This document shows, piece by piece, positions 39,384 to 39,573 of a DNA stretch of 39,573 nt; position 1 is the stretch's first letter; each line of letters starts with the position of its first letter. Source of the DNA: Paracoccaceae bacterium (GTDB lineage Bacteria > Pseudomonadota > Alphaproteobacteria > Rhodobacterales > Rhodobacteraceae); assembly GCA_002712045.1 (NCBI GenBank), contig PARX01000056.1, positions 1 through 39,573 of the forward strand. The letters are read 5' to 3'. A program made the position numbers and the translations under genes. The notes under the pieces were generated by a model. It did no database searches. It worked only from the letters and a program-made list of their open reading frames with translations, and was not told where the DNA came from.

Positions 39384-39573
39384 TTGTTTACTTTACCTTA
39401 TAAAAATAAACGAAATCTATCTTTAACTGAAACAATTTTATTGTCTATTTTATTTCATGCAGCATTCTTGGCATATCTACCATCACAAAAACTAAATGAT
39501 CCATTTAAATCAATTGAATTAGATATAGATATTTTAATAAATGAACCTGAACCAATAAAAGAAATTATTCCTG
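39384..39573 (+). CDS. Probable TonB-family energy transducer, 3' partial
   Basis: Frame open from TTG 39384 to the window end: ...TETILLSILFHAAFLAYLP...EPEPIKEIIP, with the TM SxxxH motif and onset of a Pro/Glu-rich tract. Not in the ORF track. Confidence 0.6.
   Translation, partial: MFTLPYKNKRNLSLTETILLSILFHAAFLAYLPSQKLNDPFKSIELDIDILINEPEPIKEIIP

Noticed and set aside
1..39573. Prophage, IS, CRISPR array, defence island, tRNA or rRNA
   Set aside because: No integrase or transposase, no spaced repeats, no cloverleaf or rRNA motifs; composition is uniform and nearly all sequence is explained by core genes.

Overview
AT-rich, very densely packed core-chromosome segment of a streamlined betaproteobacterium. 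Gene content and protein style suggest Methylophilaceae, OM43-like (inference). Left to right: argA (5' partial), argB and a HAD nucleotidase. Then a long minus-strand run: rsmI-pyrC-rnpB and the full dcw cluster (mraZ-rsmH-ftsL-ftsI-murE-murF-mraY-murD-ftsW-murG-murC-murB-ddl-ftsQ-ftsA-ftsZ-lpxC), continuing into a small membrane protein, an NDUFA9-like SDR and cca. Then a BON lipoprotein, trxA, rho, rpmE and an ArnT-like glycosyltransferase. Then the NAD-dependent formate dehydrogenase operon fdsGBA-fdhD-fdsD, divergent from moaA-mobA-mobB-moeA, and the start of a TonB-like gene. No mobile elements, CRISPR, rRNA or tRNA were seen. The main oddities are in-frame stops in ftsZ (TGA), ftsI (TAA) and the ArnT-like gene (TAA), a 1-nt frameshift in murD, apparent ATT/ATA starts for murF and murG, and many single-base GC-to-AT changes at normally conserved residues. 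The simplest explanation is a damaged or error-prone consensus; recoding or real gene decay cannot be excluded without reads. Independent of that, there is a terminator-like hairpin built on an MraZ box in the dcw leader and a very compact RNase P RNA. I found no convincing novel multi-gene system.
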